Below, piece by piece: positions 27,595 to 36,563 of a DNA stretch of 36,563 nt; positions within the stretch are counted from its first letter, which is position 1; each line of letters begins with the position of its first letter. Source of the DNA: Candidatus Micrarchaeia archaeon (GTDB lineage: Archaea > Micrarchaeota > Micrarchaeia > CABMEP01); assembly GCA_038881595.1 (NCBI GenBank), contig JAVZPM010000005.1, positions 1 to 36,563 on the forward strand, read 5' to 3'. The notes under the pieces are model-generated. The model saw only the letters and a program-made list of their open reading frames with translations, was not told where the DNA came from and ran no database searches. The translations under genes were made by a program, and so were the position numbers.

Positions 27595-27641
27595 TCTATA
27601 CATTTTATATTTAAAAATACTATCAAATAAAGGTGGAAAAG

Positions 27642-28334
27642 ATGGTAATTAGAGCAGGAATTGCCCCATTTGGAATAGAGGGATTAGACTATATGCTAGG
27701 TGGGGGGTTACCTAAAGGCAGCGTAGTTCTTGTATCAGGTGGTACGGGTTCTGGTAAGTCTATTCTTGCATCACAATTTCTTTATAAAGGAATAACTGAT
27801 TATAAGGAAAGCGGATTCTATATATCTTTTGATGAGAGAAAGAGATCAATGTACAGGAACCTTGCAAAATTCGGATGGAATTTTTCAGCTTACGAGGCTC
27901 AGAAAAAATTCATATTTATTGAATATCCAATCCATGAAGCTAAGGAGTTCCTTTCTCAGGAAAATACTCTATTCAACCTTATAGTTGAACTCGAGATTGA
28001 ACGGCTTGTAATAGATCCAATCACTCCATTGACAATGCTCTATGAAGACGGACAAAAGAAAAGGCAAGAGATGATGAAGTTAATTGATACATTGAGAAGT
28101 TGGGGTACAACCACTCTTTTAATTTCAGAGGCAAAATCAGGAACTGAAGAGATTGGAATAGAGCCGCTTTGTGACGGAGTGATAAAGCTTACTGACATTC
28201 AAAATAAAGGATACACGATCAAAACTCTTGAAGTAGTAAAAATGAGAGGTACTGATATCATAAAGAAACCAGTGCCATACAAGATTGACAAGGACGGAAT
28301 AAAAGTATATCCAAATCAGTATCTTTATCTTTAG
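27642..28334 (+). CDS. Single-domain KaiC/RAD55-family ATPase
   Basis: GIEGLD.MLGGGLP, GGTGSGKS, SFDE, LVIDP, VVKMRG; ATG follows AGGTGG (track GTG 27633). Confidence 0.92.
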   Translation: MVIRAGIAPFGIEGLDYMLGGGLPKGSVVLVSGGTGSGKSILASQFLYKGITDYKESGFYISFDERKRSMYRNLAKFGWNFSAYEAQKKFIFIEYPIHEAKEFLSQENTLFNLIVELEIERLVIDPITPLTMLYEDGQKKRQEMMKLIDTLRSWGTTTLLISEAKSGTEEIGIEPLCDGVIKLTDIQNKGYTIKTLEVVKMRGTDIIKKPVPYKIDKDGIKVYPNQYLYL

Positions 28335-28349
28335 ATTTCTAGTGATTTT

Positions 28350-29435
28350 ATGCAGCATATTGATCCTTTTGACGTCTCAGATGAAGAAATAAACTATCAG
28401 AAGCTTATAGAGGAATTTGGAACGCAGTCTATTTCGACAATCAAAAAGCTTCCAAACTATAAGGCTTTCAGGAGAGGTTTTGTGTTCTCACATAGAGATT
28501 TCGATAAATTTCTATCTGCAATAGAGAAAGGAAATAAAGCATCAATAATAACTGGAGTTAATGCCTCTGGTTCACTCCATCTTGGGCATAAATGGACAAT
28601 GGATCTAGTAGTTGCATTGCAAAAAGAGTATAATCTTCCAGTTCTTCTTACGATTTCTGATGACGAGGCTTATGTAACAGGAAAGACAAAAGACCAGAAA
28701 GAAGCGCTTGAAAATGCAAAATTGATATCTGCTCAATTGTTGGCATTGGGTTTTGATCCTAAAAAGACAAGGATTTTGATTCATCAGCAGTATACTAAGA
28801 TTTATAATCTTGCGATAAAGCTATCAAGGCATTGCACTATGAATGAGATAAAGGCAATTTATGGATTTGACATGTCAAAGAATCCAGGCCAATGGTTTTA
28901 TCCAATTGTTCAAGCTGCAGATATTCTCCTTCCACAAGAGCTTGACGGCCCGCATCACGTTCTTGTTCCAATTGCAATAGACCAAGACCCGCATCTTAGG
29001 CTTGCAAGAGACATAGCTGACAGAGCAGGCTTTGTCAAGCCAGCAACAGTTCATATGCGCTTCCTTAGAGGATTGAAAGGTGGAAGCAAGATGTCAAAGA
29101 GCAAGCCTGGAAGTGCGATTTTCTTGGATGAGGATCCGAAAAAAGCAGCGAAGCTTTGTATGCAGGCATTAACTGGAGGCCAGCCAACTGTGGAAGAACA
29201 AAGAAAATATGGAGGAGATCCTGAGAAGTCGGTAGTGATTGAATACTTAGGCGCGCATTTCATTGAGAGCGATTATGAATTCCAAAAACTGAAGGATGAC
29301 TATAGGGCAGGAAAAATATTGGATGGAGAAACAAAGCAACTTCTGGCATCTAATGTAGAGAAATTTTTGAACGAATTTCAGCCAAAAGTAAAGAAGTATC
29401 TAGAGAATATTGATGATTATCTTATGAAAGACTGA
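28350..29435 (+). CDS. trpS: Tryptophan--tRNA ligase
   Basis: SHRDFD, HLGH, IAIDQDPH, KMSKS, TGGQ.T.EEQRKYGGDP. Confidence 0.96.
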   Translation: MQHIDPFDVSDEEINYQKLIEEFGTQSISTIKKLPNYKAFRRGFVFSHRDFDKFLSAIEKGNKASIITGVNASGSLHLGHKWTMDLVVALQKEYNLPVLLTISDDEAYVTGKTKDQKEALENAKLISAQLLALGFDPKKTRILIHQQYTKIYNLAIKLSRHCTMNEIKAIYGFDMSKNPGQWFYPIVQAADILLPQELDGPHHVLVPIAIDQDPHLRLARDIADRAGFVKPATVHMRFLRGLKGGSKMSKSKPGSAIFLDEDPKKAAKLCMQALTGGQPTVEEQRKYGGDPEKSVVIEYLGAHFIESDYEFQKLKDDYRAGKILDGETKQLLASNVEKFLNEFQPKVKKYLENIDDYLMKD

Positions 29436-29481
29436 AATAACATTATATCAATAGGTCAAATCAAGCTAATGAGGTGAGAAT

Positions 29482-29958
29482 GTGTTGACTATGAGTATAT
29501 GGGTTTTTCTTCTTTTTACAGCAATAGGTATATGGGGCACTATTTATTATCTGATAAAAGATAAGACTTCAAAATCAAAATTAAATGAATTGAATTCGCG
29601 TGCAATCAGATTAGGAATTTTCCTTTTGGTTTTTGATTTTATATTTGAAAACCTTGGCCTTTTACTAGGGTATTGGTATACATCTGGAAGCATATTGCAG
29701 TTAGGTGCAGTTCCAATCGAAGTTATGGGAATTGCATTTTGCGCAGGCTTTACCTATGCAGTTCTGTTTCCAAGAAAATTTGATACTAAATTAGGTTTCT
29801 TTAGCAGTGTATGGATTGCAGCAGCAGGGACAGCAATAGAAGCAATCTTAGTTAGCCAGGGAGTGCTTACATACATTGGAGGGTGGACATCTCTTCACGC
29901 ATTCGTCTCCTATCTTGCTGCATTCATGATAATGCACAAAGTAAACTCAATCCTATAA
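29482..29958 (+). CDS. Membrane protein (about 5 TM)
   Basis: Hydrophobic ORF with a repeated E..G/L...G.W/L.Y pattern; SD GAGGTGA. Confidence 0.8.
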   Translation: MLTMSIWVFLLFTAIGIWGTIYYLIKDKTSKSKLNELNSRAIRLGIFLLVFDFIFENLGLLLGYWYTSGSILQLGAVPIEVMGIAFCAGFTYAVLFPRKFDTKLGFFSSVWIAAAGTAIEAILVSQGVLTYIGGWTSLHAFVSYLAAFMIMHKVNSIL

Positions 29959-30033
29959 TTTATTTTATCTTTTTATTTTAATTTTTTCCTATCTATTTTT
30001 TTGGCTTTAAATTAGTTTAATCTTTTAATATTC

Positions 30034-30342
30034 TTATTCTAGATATATATCTTCTTGTTCTATCTTTATTTTATATATTTTAATTGGATTTTTTGCTGGA
30101 CCGCTCATTGGTTGGCCCGTTTCTAGATCAAAAACAGCTCCATGCCAAGGACATTGCACATAAGGTTTTTCTTCCTTCACTATTGTTCTTCCTTTACAAA
30201 GAGGTCCTTTCATATGGGTGCATTCGGCATCAGCCGCATATATCTTCCCAGAGATATTATATATAGCAATTTTCCTTCCATCAACTTCAAAAACTTTGCA
30301 TCCGTTTACAGGAATTTCATTTAAATTTGCAATTTTTTTCAT
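30034..30342 (-). CDS. Rieske-type [2Fe-2S] ferredoxin
   Basis: CTH...CPWHGAVFDLETG. Confidence 0.93.
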   Translation of the reverse strand: MKKIANLNEIPVNGCKVFEVDGRKIAIYNISGKIYAADAECTHMKGPLCKGRTIVKEEKPYVQCPWHGAVFDLETGQPMSGPAKNPIKIYKIKIEQEDIYLE

Positions 30343-30431
30343 TCTATCACTTTACACGATATTTTGAAATTATAAATATTTGAATTATATTTTTGATAAA
30401 CATTATTAATCTTGTTGCATATTAAATAGGT

Positions 30432-31586
30432 ATGAACGAAACTAAATTCATTCAAGAGGGAAAGGTAAAAATTACAGTCACAGACTCTGTTTTTTATAAC
30501 CCATATATGAGATTTAATAGAGATATTTCTTCTCTAGTGGTAGGTGGATTAGCAAATGAATTGTCAAAAAATGAAGGAGTGCCGTTAAGAATATGTGATG
30601 GAATGGCAGCATCAGGAATAAGAGGAATCAGATATGCAATAGAAAATGAAAATATCGAGCACATTACATTTGTTGACGGAGATCAGGTTGCATGTGACAT
30701 CATCTCTAAAAATATAGAGTTAAATATGCTTAAGGAGAAATCAATTTCTACTAACGTCGTCAACGATGATATAAATCATCACCTATACAGGGGAGGAATG
30801 AAATATAACTTCATTGAATTGGATCCGTTTGGTTCGCCAGTGCCTTTCATAAGGGCCGCGCTTCTGAATCTTAGGGCTTCGAAAAAAGGATTTCTTTCAG
30901 TAACAGCTACAGACACTGCAGTTTTGTGTGGCGCTCATCCTAGGGCATGTATAATTAATTATGGTTCAAAGCCTATGCAAAGTTCGATATGTCATGAGGT
31001 AGGATTAAGGATATTGATAGGAAATATAGTTAAAACTGCAGCCCCTCTACATTTAGGAATAAAACCAGTATTTTCTCTTTCTAAAAGGCATTATATGAAA
31101 GTAATCCTTAGAGTTGAAAAGTCAGCAAAATCAGCTTATGATTCAATGCTGCAGCTAGGTTTTGTTTCGCTATGTCAAAAATGTGGAGACATCAAGACTT
31201 TTGATAGGCCAAACATTGATAAAAAATGCAAGCTTTGCGGCTCAAATCTTGATTGGGCTGGCGATCTTTGGCTTGGGCAAATATATGATACAGGAGTGAT
31301 TGAGAGAATGATTGGTCTGAACAAAGAAAGAGGCTATGAAAGCAAAAAAGAGATAGACTCCATTCTTAATCTGATGAAAACAGAGAGCAACATGCCGCCA
31401 TTTTATTTCGATCTGCATGCTATTGCTGACAAGTATGATGTTCCTTCTCCAAAGTTTGAGAATGTGTTTAATGCACTTCAATCAAAGGGATTTGCTGTTT
31501 CAAGAACTCACTTTAATGTTACTGCTATAAAGACAAATGCAAATATAAAAGATGTACTTGAAGCGATGAATGTAAAAATTCAGTAA
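30432..31586 (+). CDS. trm1: tRNA (guanine26-N2)-dimethyltransferase
   Basis: VFYNP.M.FNRD, ASGIRGIRY, LDPFGSP, TATDTA.LCG, CxxC...CxxC, SRTHF...IKTNA. Confidence 0.96.
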   Translation: MNETKFIQEGKVKITVTDSVFYNPYMRFNRDISSLVVGGLANELSKNEGVPLRICDGMAASGIRGIRYAIENENIEHITFVDGDQVACDIISKNIELNMLKEKSISTNVVNDDINHHLYRGGMKYNFIELDPFGSPVPFIRAALLNLRASKKGFLSVTATDTAVLCGAHPRACIINYGSKPMQSSICHEVGLRILIGNIVKTAAPLHLGIKPVFSLSKRHYMKVILRVEKSAKSAYDSMLQLGFVSLCQKCGDIKTFDRPNIDKKCKLCGSNLDWAGDLWLGQIYDTGVIERMIGLNKERGYESKKEIDSILNLMKTESNMPPFYFDLHAIADKYDVPSPKFENVFNALQSKGFAVSRTHFNVTAIKTNANIKDVLEAMNVKIQ

Positions 31587-31617
31587 AATAAAAATAGAAA
31601 AAATAGAAAAAAGAAAA

Positions 31618-32058
31618 TTATAGATCAAAGGATTTTATTATGTCTCTAAGTTCCTTTGCTCTTTCAATTATTTCGCTTGTTTTTCTTGCCATGTTTGTAT
31701 AGCATTCAGCATGTACTGTTTCTATCACTTTTCTTGCGATCTGGCTATCAGGATATGCAGTATCTATTATGTTTATTATCCTTCCAGTATCAGTTGTTGA
31801 AGCAATCTCTTTGGAAATAGCATTTATCCTTGCTTCGCTGTTAGCCTTTTCAACAGCCTTCAGGATTACGCACACCTTGTCTGATGTCTTTTTCATTTTT
31901 CTGCATTCCTTCATAAGCTGTTCAAATCCTTTTTTATCTCCTTCTTCAAGAAGTTTCCAGCCTTTCCGTGTTGGTTTTTCGCTTTTCTTATAGTAGTACT
32001 GCTCAACTACTGATTTCAGATATTCATTTTTACCAATTGTTTTTTCTATTGTTTTCAT
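31618..32058 (-). CDS. Hypothetical charged helical protein
   Basis: 146-aa ORF, SD AAGGTGA, downstream of tfb. Confidence 0.7.
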   Translation of the reverse strand: MKTIEKTIGKNEYLKSVVEQYYYKKSEKPTRKGWKLLEEGDKKGFEQLMKECRKMKKTSDKVCVILKAVEKANSEARINAISKEIASTTDTGRIINIIDTAYPDSQIARKVIETVHAECYTNMARKTSEIIERAKELRDIIKSFDL

Positions 32059-32098
32059 ATTTTCACCTTATATCATTGTACTATATTGCTTTGATAAT

Positions 32099-33007
32099 TT
32101 AGAGATCCACATCTATTTTGAGTTCGTCCTTGAGTTCTCTGTATCTGTTTCTGATAGTGACCTCTGTCACGCCAGCAACCTCTGCAACTTCCTTCTGCGT
32201 TCTTCTTTCTCCAATCATTGCAGAAGCAATGTATACTGCAGCTGCAGCCACTCCAGTCGGACCTCTTCCAGATACAAGTCCCTTGCTCATTGCTTTTTGC
32301 AATAATTTTATCGCAAGCTCCTGCACTTTTCCGCTGAGCTTTAATGCAGTAACAAATCTTGATATGTATTCTCTTGGGTCTGTGAGCGGAACTTTCATTC
32401 CAAGTTCATGCATTATAAATCTGTAGGTTCTTCCTATTTCCTTCTTTTCGACTCCTGCAATTTCTGCTATCTCATCAAGGGTTCTTGGAATTCCATAATC
32501 TCTGCATACAGCATACACTACTGCAGCAACCACACTTTCGATAAGTCTTCCTCTTATCAATCCCTTTTCAACTGCCTTTCTGTAAAGCAAAGCAGCTGCT
32601 TCTTGGATAGATTCTGAAAGTCCTAAATATGAGGATATTCTTGCAAGCTCACTTAAAGCGATTTGAAGGTTTCTTTCCATTGAAGATGAAACTGAAGCCC
32701 TCTTATGCCATTTTCGCATTCTATAAAACTGTGCCTGTTTCTTAGAGCTGATCTTTACTCCTCTGATATCTCTGTTGTACTGATCAATATCAGTTACTAA
32801 TCCCTTGTTTGGTCTTGTCAGCTTCAATGGAGCACCGCTTCTTGCTCTCTTCTCCATCTGTTCACTGTCAAAGGCTCTCCACTCCGGACCTGAATCAAAC
32901 ATGTTTTCGGATATAACAAATCCACATTCTCCACAGACTACTTCGCCTCGCTCATAGTCTCTAATAAGTTTTGTGCTACCACATTCTGGGCATTTTTCTT
33001 TAACCAT
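32099..33007 (-). CDS. tfb: Transcription initiation factor IIB (TFB)
   Basis: Zn ribbon CPECG...CGECG, GPEWRAF, two cyclin repeats, VTEVTIRNRY. Confidence 0.98.
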   Translation of the reverse strand: MVKEKCPECGSTKLIRDYERGEVVCGECGFVISENMFDSGPEWRAFDSEQMEKRARSGAPLKLTRPNKGLVTDIDQYNRDIRGVKISSKKQAQFYRMRKWHKRASVSSSMERNLQIALSELARISSYLGLSESIQEAAALLYRKAVEKGLIRGRLIESVVAAVVYAVCRDYGIPRTLDEIAEIAGVEKKEIGRTYRFIMHELGMKVPLTDPREYISRFVTALKLSGKVQELAIKLLQKAMSKGLVSGRGPTGVAAAAVYIASAMIGERRTQKEVAEVAGVTEVTIRNRYRELKDELKIDVDL

Positions 33008-33260
33008 TTATACACCTCTAGAATTATAGAAAAGCCACAAGCAAATCAAAATCTTTAAAAGATTTGATCACTTGGAGCAAAAGAATTAAGTTTTATAATC
33101 ACCGTCTATATAAAACACTTAGATTTATATTATTAGTGCTTATAATGAAGCAATTAAGATTTATAAATCTTTCTATTAGGCTATTCATTTATAATATTTC
33201 ATCACAGTATATTGTATAGTACCGATTTTTGCGAACACGTATTATCATTCTGGTGGGATC

Positions 33261-34346
33261 ATGAAAATAAAGGAAGGAAAAATTTACATTTATTATGCAT
33301 TTGACATTGCGAGTGAGATTCATCTTGAAAAACTCGAGAAGGTATTAGGAAAAAGACCTGTCGAGTCACAGATCCAGTATACAAAGCTTACACCTAGATA
33401 TGTAAAATATAGTCAGCCGCCATATCTCATAACCATAGGAGAAAAACAATTAGAGATCTCTCCAAATAATAAATTAGCTTTTAAAGTCACAGTTAAATTG
33501 TATGATTTTGGAGTGGTAAGTTTAAGATTCTCATTGCCATTTTCAGGTTCTTTTGATGAACTGGAAAAATTGAGTAGTTTTCTTGTAGACAACGAAGTGA
33601 TAGAAAAAGAAGCCATTAAACAGATAGAAAGAATTAAGAAAGAATTAGGTGAGGCATTAGTAAAACCATTAGAAAAATTTGAATATGAGGATTATATAAT
33701 ATTCGTTGTAAAAGAATTTGAGAAAAAAATCAATGTTAATGACATTGTAAATCAGTATAGTGGAAAGATAGCTTCTGTATTAAGAGCTGAAACAGAAAAT
33801 TTAAGTGAAATACAAATAAAAGATACGCTAAAAACATCTGTTTCTTACTTTGAAGATGATATAGTATTTGTTGATTGGAATGCTGCTTTTATAATCGATC
33901 CTAGAGATTCTCTTGACACACTAGAGGTTTTAGAATATGCAAATATAGAACTTCTTGAACTTAGAACATATGATAATATATTAGATAGAGAGATAGATTT
34001 AGCATATGATAAATTAACACCTTCGAAACTTGAATGGACAATAATAGCTATCGATCCATTTTCTAAGACATTAAATAGATTAGAAGAGGTTAAGCTTGAT
34101 GTAACCCAAGTTATCGAAAAGGTAGAAAACGCACTTAAACTAGTCGGTGATCCATATCTTGCGAAGGTTTATAATGCAGCTTCAACCTCATTTAAACTTG
34201 AAAGCTGGAAAAAGAGCGTAGAAGACAAGCTTGACATTATAGAGAGCTTTTACAATACTATTGTAAATAGGATTCAAACTGTGAGAATGCTGATACTTGA
34301 AACCTTGATAGTTATCTTCTTTCTAATTGAGATACTTAGATATTAA
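33261..34346 (+). CDS. RMD1/DUF155-like protein with one C-terminal TM helix
   Basis: AFDIA.EI.L, LYDFGVVS, ANIELLELR.YD..LD, GD.YLA..Y, terminal LETLIVIFFLIEI. Confidence 0.7.
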   Translation: MKIKEGKIYIYYAFDIASEIHLEKLEKVLGKRPVESQIQYTKLTPRYVKYSQPPYLITIGEKQLEISPNNKLAFKVTVKLYDFGVVSLRFSLPFSGSFDELEKLSSFLVDNEVIEKEAIKQIERIKKELGEALVKPLEKFEYEDYIIFVVKEFEKKINVNDIVNQYSGKIASVLRAETENLSEIQIKDTLKTSVSYFEDDIVFVDWNAAFIIDPRDSLDTLEVLEYANIELLELRTYDNILDREIDLAYDKLTPSKLEWTIIAIDPFSKTLNRLEEVKLDVTQVIEKVENALKLVGDPYLAKVYNAASTSFKLESWKKSVEDKLDIIESFYNTIVNRIQTVRMLILETLIVIFFLIEILRY

Positions 34347-35099
34347 TCAATGTTCGAATATACCACCTACAAATATAATAAGTAGAATACCTATAAATAG
34401 TACTGCGAGTTGTATTGCAGATTCTTTCTTGCTTGTTGTTATCTGTAATTCAGGTATTAAATCTGCAGCTGCAATGTATATAAAGTGTCCTGCAGCTAAT
34501 GGAAGAAGAAATACAGTAATGCTTTGAAATGATACATCAAGGATTAAGATTATTATTGCACCGATCATTGCAGTTAGTGCAGTAAGGAAATTGAATGCAA
34601 GTGCGGTCCATTTGTTTAAACCTCCGTAGAGAAGAATACCAAAATCACCAATCTCCTGTGGGATTTCGTGCATTATAATTGCAATTGTTGTTACTATTCC
34701 TAAGGATGGATCTGTCAGGTAAGCAACTGCAATAACCATTCCATCAATGATATTATGTACTCCATCCCCGATTATATTTAAATAAGGAAGAGCAGTCTTT
34801 CTTTCTCGATGCTTGCATCTTTTCTCATGGCAATGATGCCATAAAATGAATTTTTCCAGTATGAAGAACAAAAGAAATCCTACAAGCACAAGAATCATTG
34901 CATTTTTTACTTCCATCAGTTCCAATGATTCAGGTATCAAATCCAAGAATGCTGCTCCAAGCAAAGTTCCTGCAGCCAAACTTATAAGAATTGGAAGACT
35001 TTTTTCTACTGTCTCTTCTTTGAAATAAATTGTAAATATTCCGATCAGTGACATCAAGCTTACAATAAATACAGAAACAAGAACTTCAAATACAACCAT
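34347..35099 (-). CDS. ZIP family divalent metal transporter
   Basis: AAG.LLG.AFLDLIPE, His-rich loop WHHCH, GDGVHNIIDG, HEIPQEIGDF, DLIPEL. Confidence 0.95.
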   Translation of the reverse strand: MVVFEVLVSVFIVSLMSLIGIFTIYFKEETVEKSLPILISLAAGTLLGAAFLDLIPESLELMEVKNAMILVLVGFLLFFILEKFILWHHCHEKRCKHRERKTALPYLNIIGDGVHNIIDGMVIAVAYLTDPSLGIVTTIAIIMHEIPQEIGDFGILLYGGLNKWTALAFNFLTALTAMIGAIIILILDVSFQSITVFLLPLAAGHFIYIAAADLIPELQITTSKKESAIQLAVLFIGILLIIFVGGIFEH

Positions 35100-35157
35100 A
35101 AATAAATCTGCAAAATTAGATTTATAAATCTTAAAAGTTATGGATAATTAAGGTGGT

Positions 35158-35502
35158 ATGGTGGCATTAAGTTCGCAGAAGTTTGACAGAACAGAAAAAG
35201 AAGAGTCAAAAATAAATGCATTTTTTAGCAGATTGACTGACAAGGAGAAGAAGCTACTAGATGATTTGTCAAAGAAGTCTAAGCTGCCAAAAGAAGAAAT
35301 TGCTGAATTTCTTTTCTACAATAGCGCAACTCAGTATGCAATAGATAGACTGAAAGATCAAAGACCTCAGCATTCACTTATTTTAGAAGAAATTTCACAA
35401 AGAATTTCAGAATTAGGTGATTATAGAGAAATAAAACCTGAATATCTTTCACTTATTGAGAAGATAAGAAATCCTGAAAATGCAAAGAAATCGATAGCAT
35501 AG
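35158..35502 (+). CDS. Hypothetical charged helical protein
   Basis: 114-aa ORF, SD AAGGTGG, TATA-like TTTATAAA upstream. Confidence 0.75.
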   Translation: MVALSSQKFDRTEKEESKINAFFSRLTDKEKKLLDDLSKKSKLPKEEIAEFLFYNSATQYAIDRLKDQRPQHSLILEEISQRISELGDYREIKPEYLSLIEKIRNPENAKKSIA

Positions 35503-35564
35503 ATCTCTTTAGAAGTATGTATGACGGCTCTGTAGAAATCCTCTTAAATTATTATAAGTATAAA

Positions 35565-35586
35565 CTCTTGGCGATCACGCCAAGAG
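35565..35586. repeat. Perfect 9-bp GC-rich inverted repeat / hairpin
   Basis: CTCTTGGCG-atca-CGCCAAGAG. Confidence 0.85.
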
Positions 35587-35671
35587 GCAATATTATGTGT
35601 AAGAGGCAGAATAAACTTAAAAAGCTTATCATATTAGGCTTCCAGTTAGTAAAGCAGAGAGGAATTTCAAG

Positions 35672-35944
35672 ATAATCCTCCAAGCTGCACTTAGCGGTAA
35701 TAAAGAAGCAGTAGAACTTTTAATCAGTAAAGGAGCAGATGTAAATGCAAGGAATAAATATGGAGAGACTGCATTAATGTATGCTGCACGTAGCGGTAAT
35801 AAAGAAACAGTAGAATTTTTAATTAATAAAGGACTAGATGTAAATGCAAAGGCAAATGATGGTTTGACCGCACTGAAAGTGGCTATATCTAATCATGATG
35901 AGGAGATGGTGGATCTACTAAAGCGATACGGCGCGAAAGAATAA
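35672..35944 (+). pseudogene. 5'-truncated ankyrin-repeat gene (about 2.5-3 repeats)
   Basis: ...AALSGNKEAVELLISKGADVNARNKYGETALMYAARSGNKETVEFLINKGLDVNAKANDGLTALKVA...LLKRYGAKE*; frame opens after TAA 35618-35620 with no ATG/GTG/TTG before the second repeat. Confidence 0.75.
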
Positions 35945-36272
35945 ACCATTCTAAGTCAATTTTATTTTTTAAGAAATTGCAATGATGCATTTAATCACCA
36001 GAAATCCAGCTGGCTCTATTTTTTAAATCAATCCGATCAAAAAAGATCATGCCATATTATATTGCAATTGAAATAGGAAATTCAGCTTATACTGAATTCC
36101 GGATGAAAAATGGAGAGCTTCATGAGACAGATGACAGAATACATCTAGGCCAGGTGAAGGCAGAAGATTCAGCAATCTCATTTTCATATTTAGCAGATAT
36201 CTTTTTATATTTACTTAAATAAAATAAATAGTTGATGATCAAAAAAGTAATTAAATTAAAAAATGATGTTTT

Positions 36273-36563
36273 ATGGAAAGAAATTCTAGCGTTGTATTTC
36301 TTTTATTATTACTTTTATCTGTTTCTTTTGCGAAAGATTACTCTATTCCTTCTGCAACTGCAGTTTATGTACTTAATGTAGACGGAACTATTTCTGTTCA
36401 GGAGAAAGTCACTTATCAGCTAGATGGTGAGTTTTCATACCTATACTTGCGACTCCCATCTACTTTAGAAATAGAGGATTTTTTTGGATATTGTGAAAAT
36501 ATGGACTGCAAATTTTCAGTTGCAAAATATCTGTGGAACGATATAATTGAGCTTAGGCTTAAG
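36273..36563 (+). CDS. N-terminus of a secreted/membrane protein, DUF2207-like (partial)
   Basis: Signal peptide then AKDYSI......LN.DGTI.V.EKVTY..DGEFS; open to the window edge. Confidence 0.8.
   Translation, partial: MERNSSVVFLLLLLLSVSFAKDYSIPSATAVYVLNVDGTISVQEKVTYQLDGEFSYLYLRLPSTLEIEDFFGYCENMDCKFSVAKYLWNDIIELRLK

Noticed and set aside
638..35028. Numerous 60-174-aa ORFs in the track overlapping the main genes (e.g. 1377-1727, 15679-16098, 22523-22885, 25898-26422, 32118-32426)
   Set aside because: Antisense or off-frame shadows of well-supported genes, with Ser/Phe/Ile-rich composition typical of non-coding strands
35595..35675. Programmed -1 frameshift joining ATG 35595 to the ankyrin frame
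   Set aside because: TTAAAAAG is not a canonical X XXY YYZ slippery site, and the short upstream ORF has no ankyrin character or SD
36049..36222. 57-aa ORF MPYYIAIEIGNSAY...
   Set aside because: No SD and no recognisable motif; could be a gene remnant but is unsupported
1..36563. CRISPR array, cas genes, transposases, rRNA, tRNA introns or stop-codon recoding
   Set aside because: No regularly spaced repeats or relevant motifs seen; both tRNAs fold without introns; conserved genes end normally at TAA/TAG/TGA

Overview
An AT-rich, gene-dense archaeal chromosomal segment. Evidence for archaea: HMf-type histone, TFB, aEF-1beta, Trm1, Elp3, ADP-forming acetate-CoA ligase, GGTG(A/G) Shine-Dalgarno motifs and BRE/TATA promoters. 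A DPANN (Micrarchaeota-like) origin is my inference only. Most genes are housekeeping: rnhB, argS, hisS, trpS, tfb, trm1, elp3, mre11, a beta-CASP RNase, a prenyl-diphosphate synthase, acdB/acdA, and ABC, MscS and ZIP transporters. There are two intron-less tRNAs, Leu-CAG and Pro-CGG. The standout is a 1088-aa ORF sitting alone between the two tRNAs. It reads as a remodelled family-B DNA polymerase: all three 3'-5' exonuclease motifs are intact, but the polymerase motif-A aspartate is lost, DTD has become KGD, the fingers region is greatly expanded and the thumb is absent. Other notable items: an Elp3 plus Trm9-like pair (candidate mcm5U34 module), a PspC-RDD fusion, an uncalled 47-aa zinc finger that has lost two of four Cys motifs, an inactive KaiC-like ATPase with a Lys-rich tail, a membrane-anchored tandem wHTH protein, a start-less ankyrin remnant and several intergenic repeats and hairpins. 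I saw no CRISPR array, transposase or integrase. All family calls come from motif recognition by eye, not database searches.
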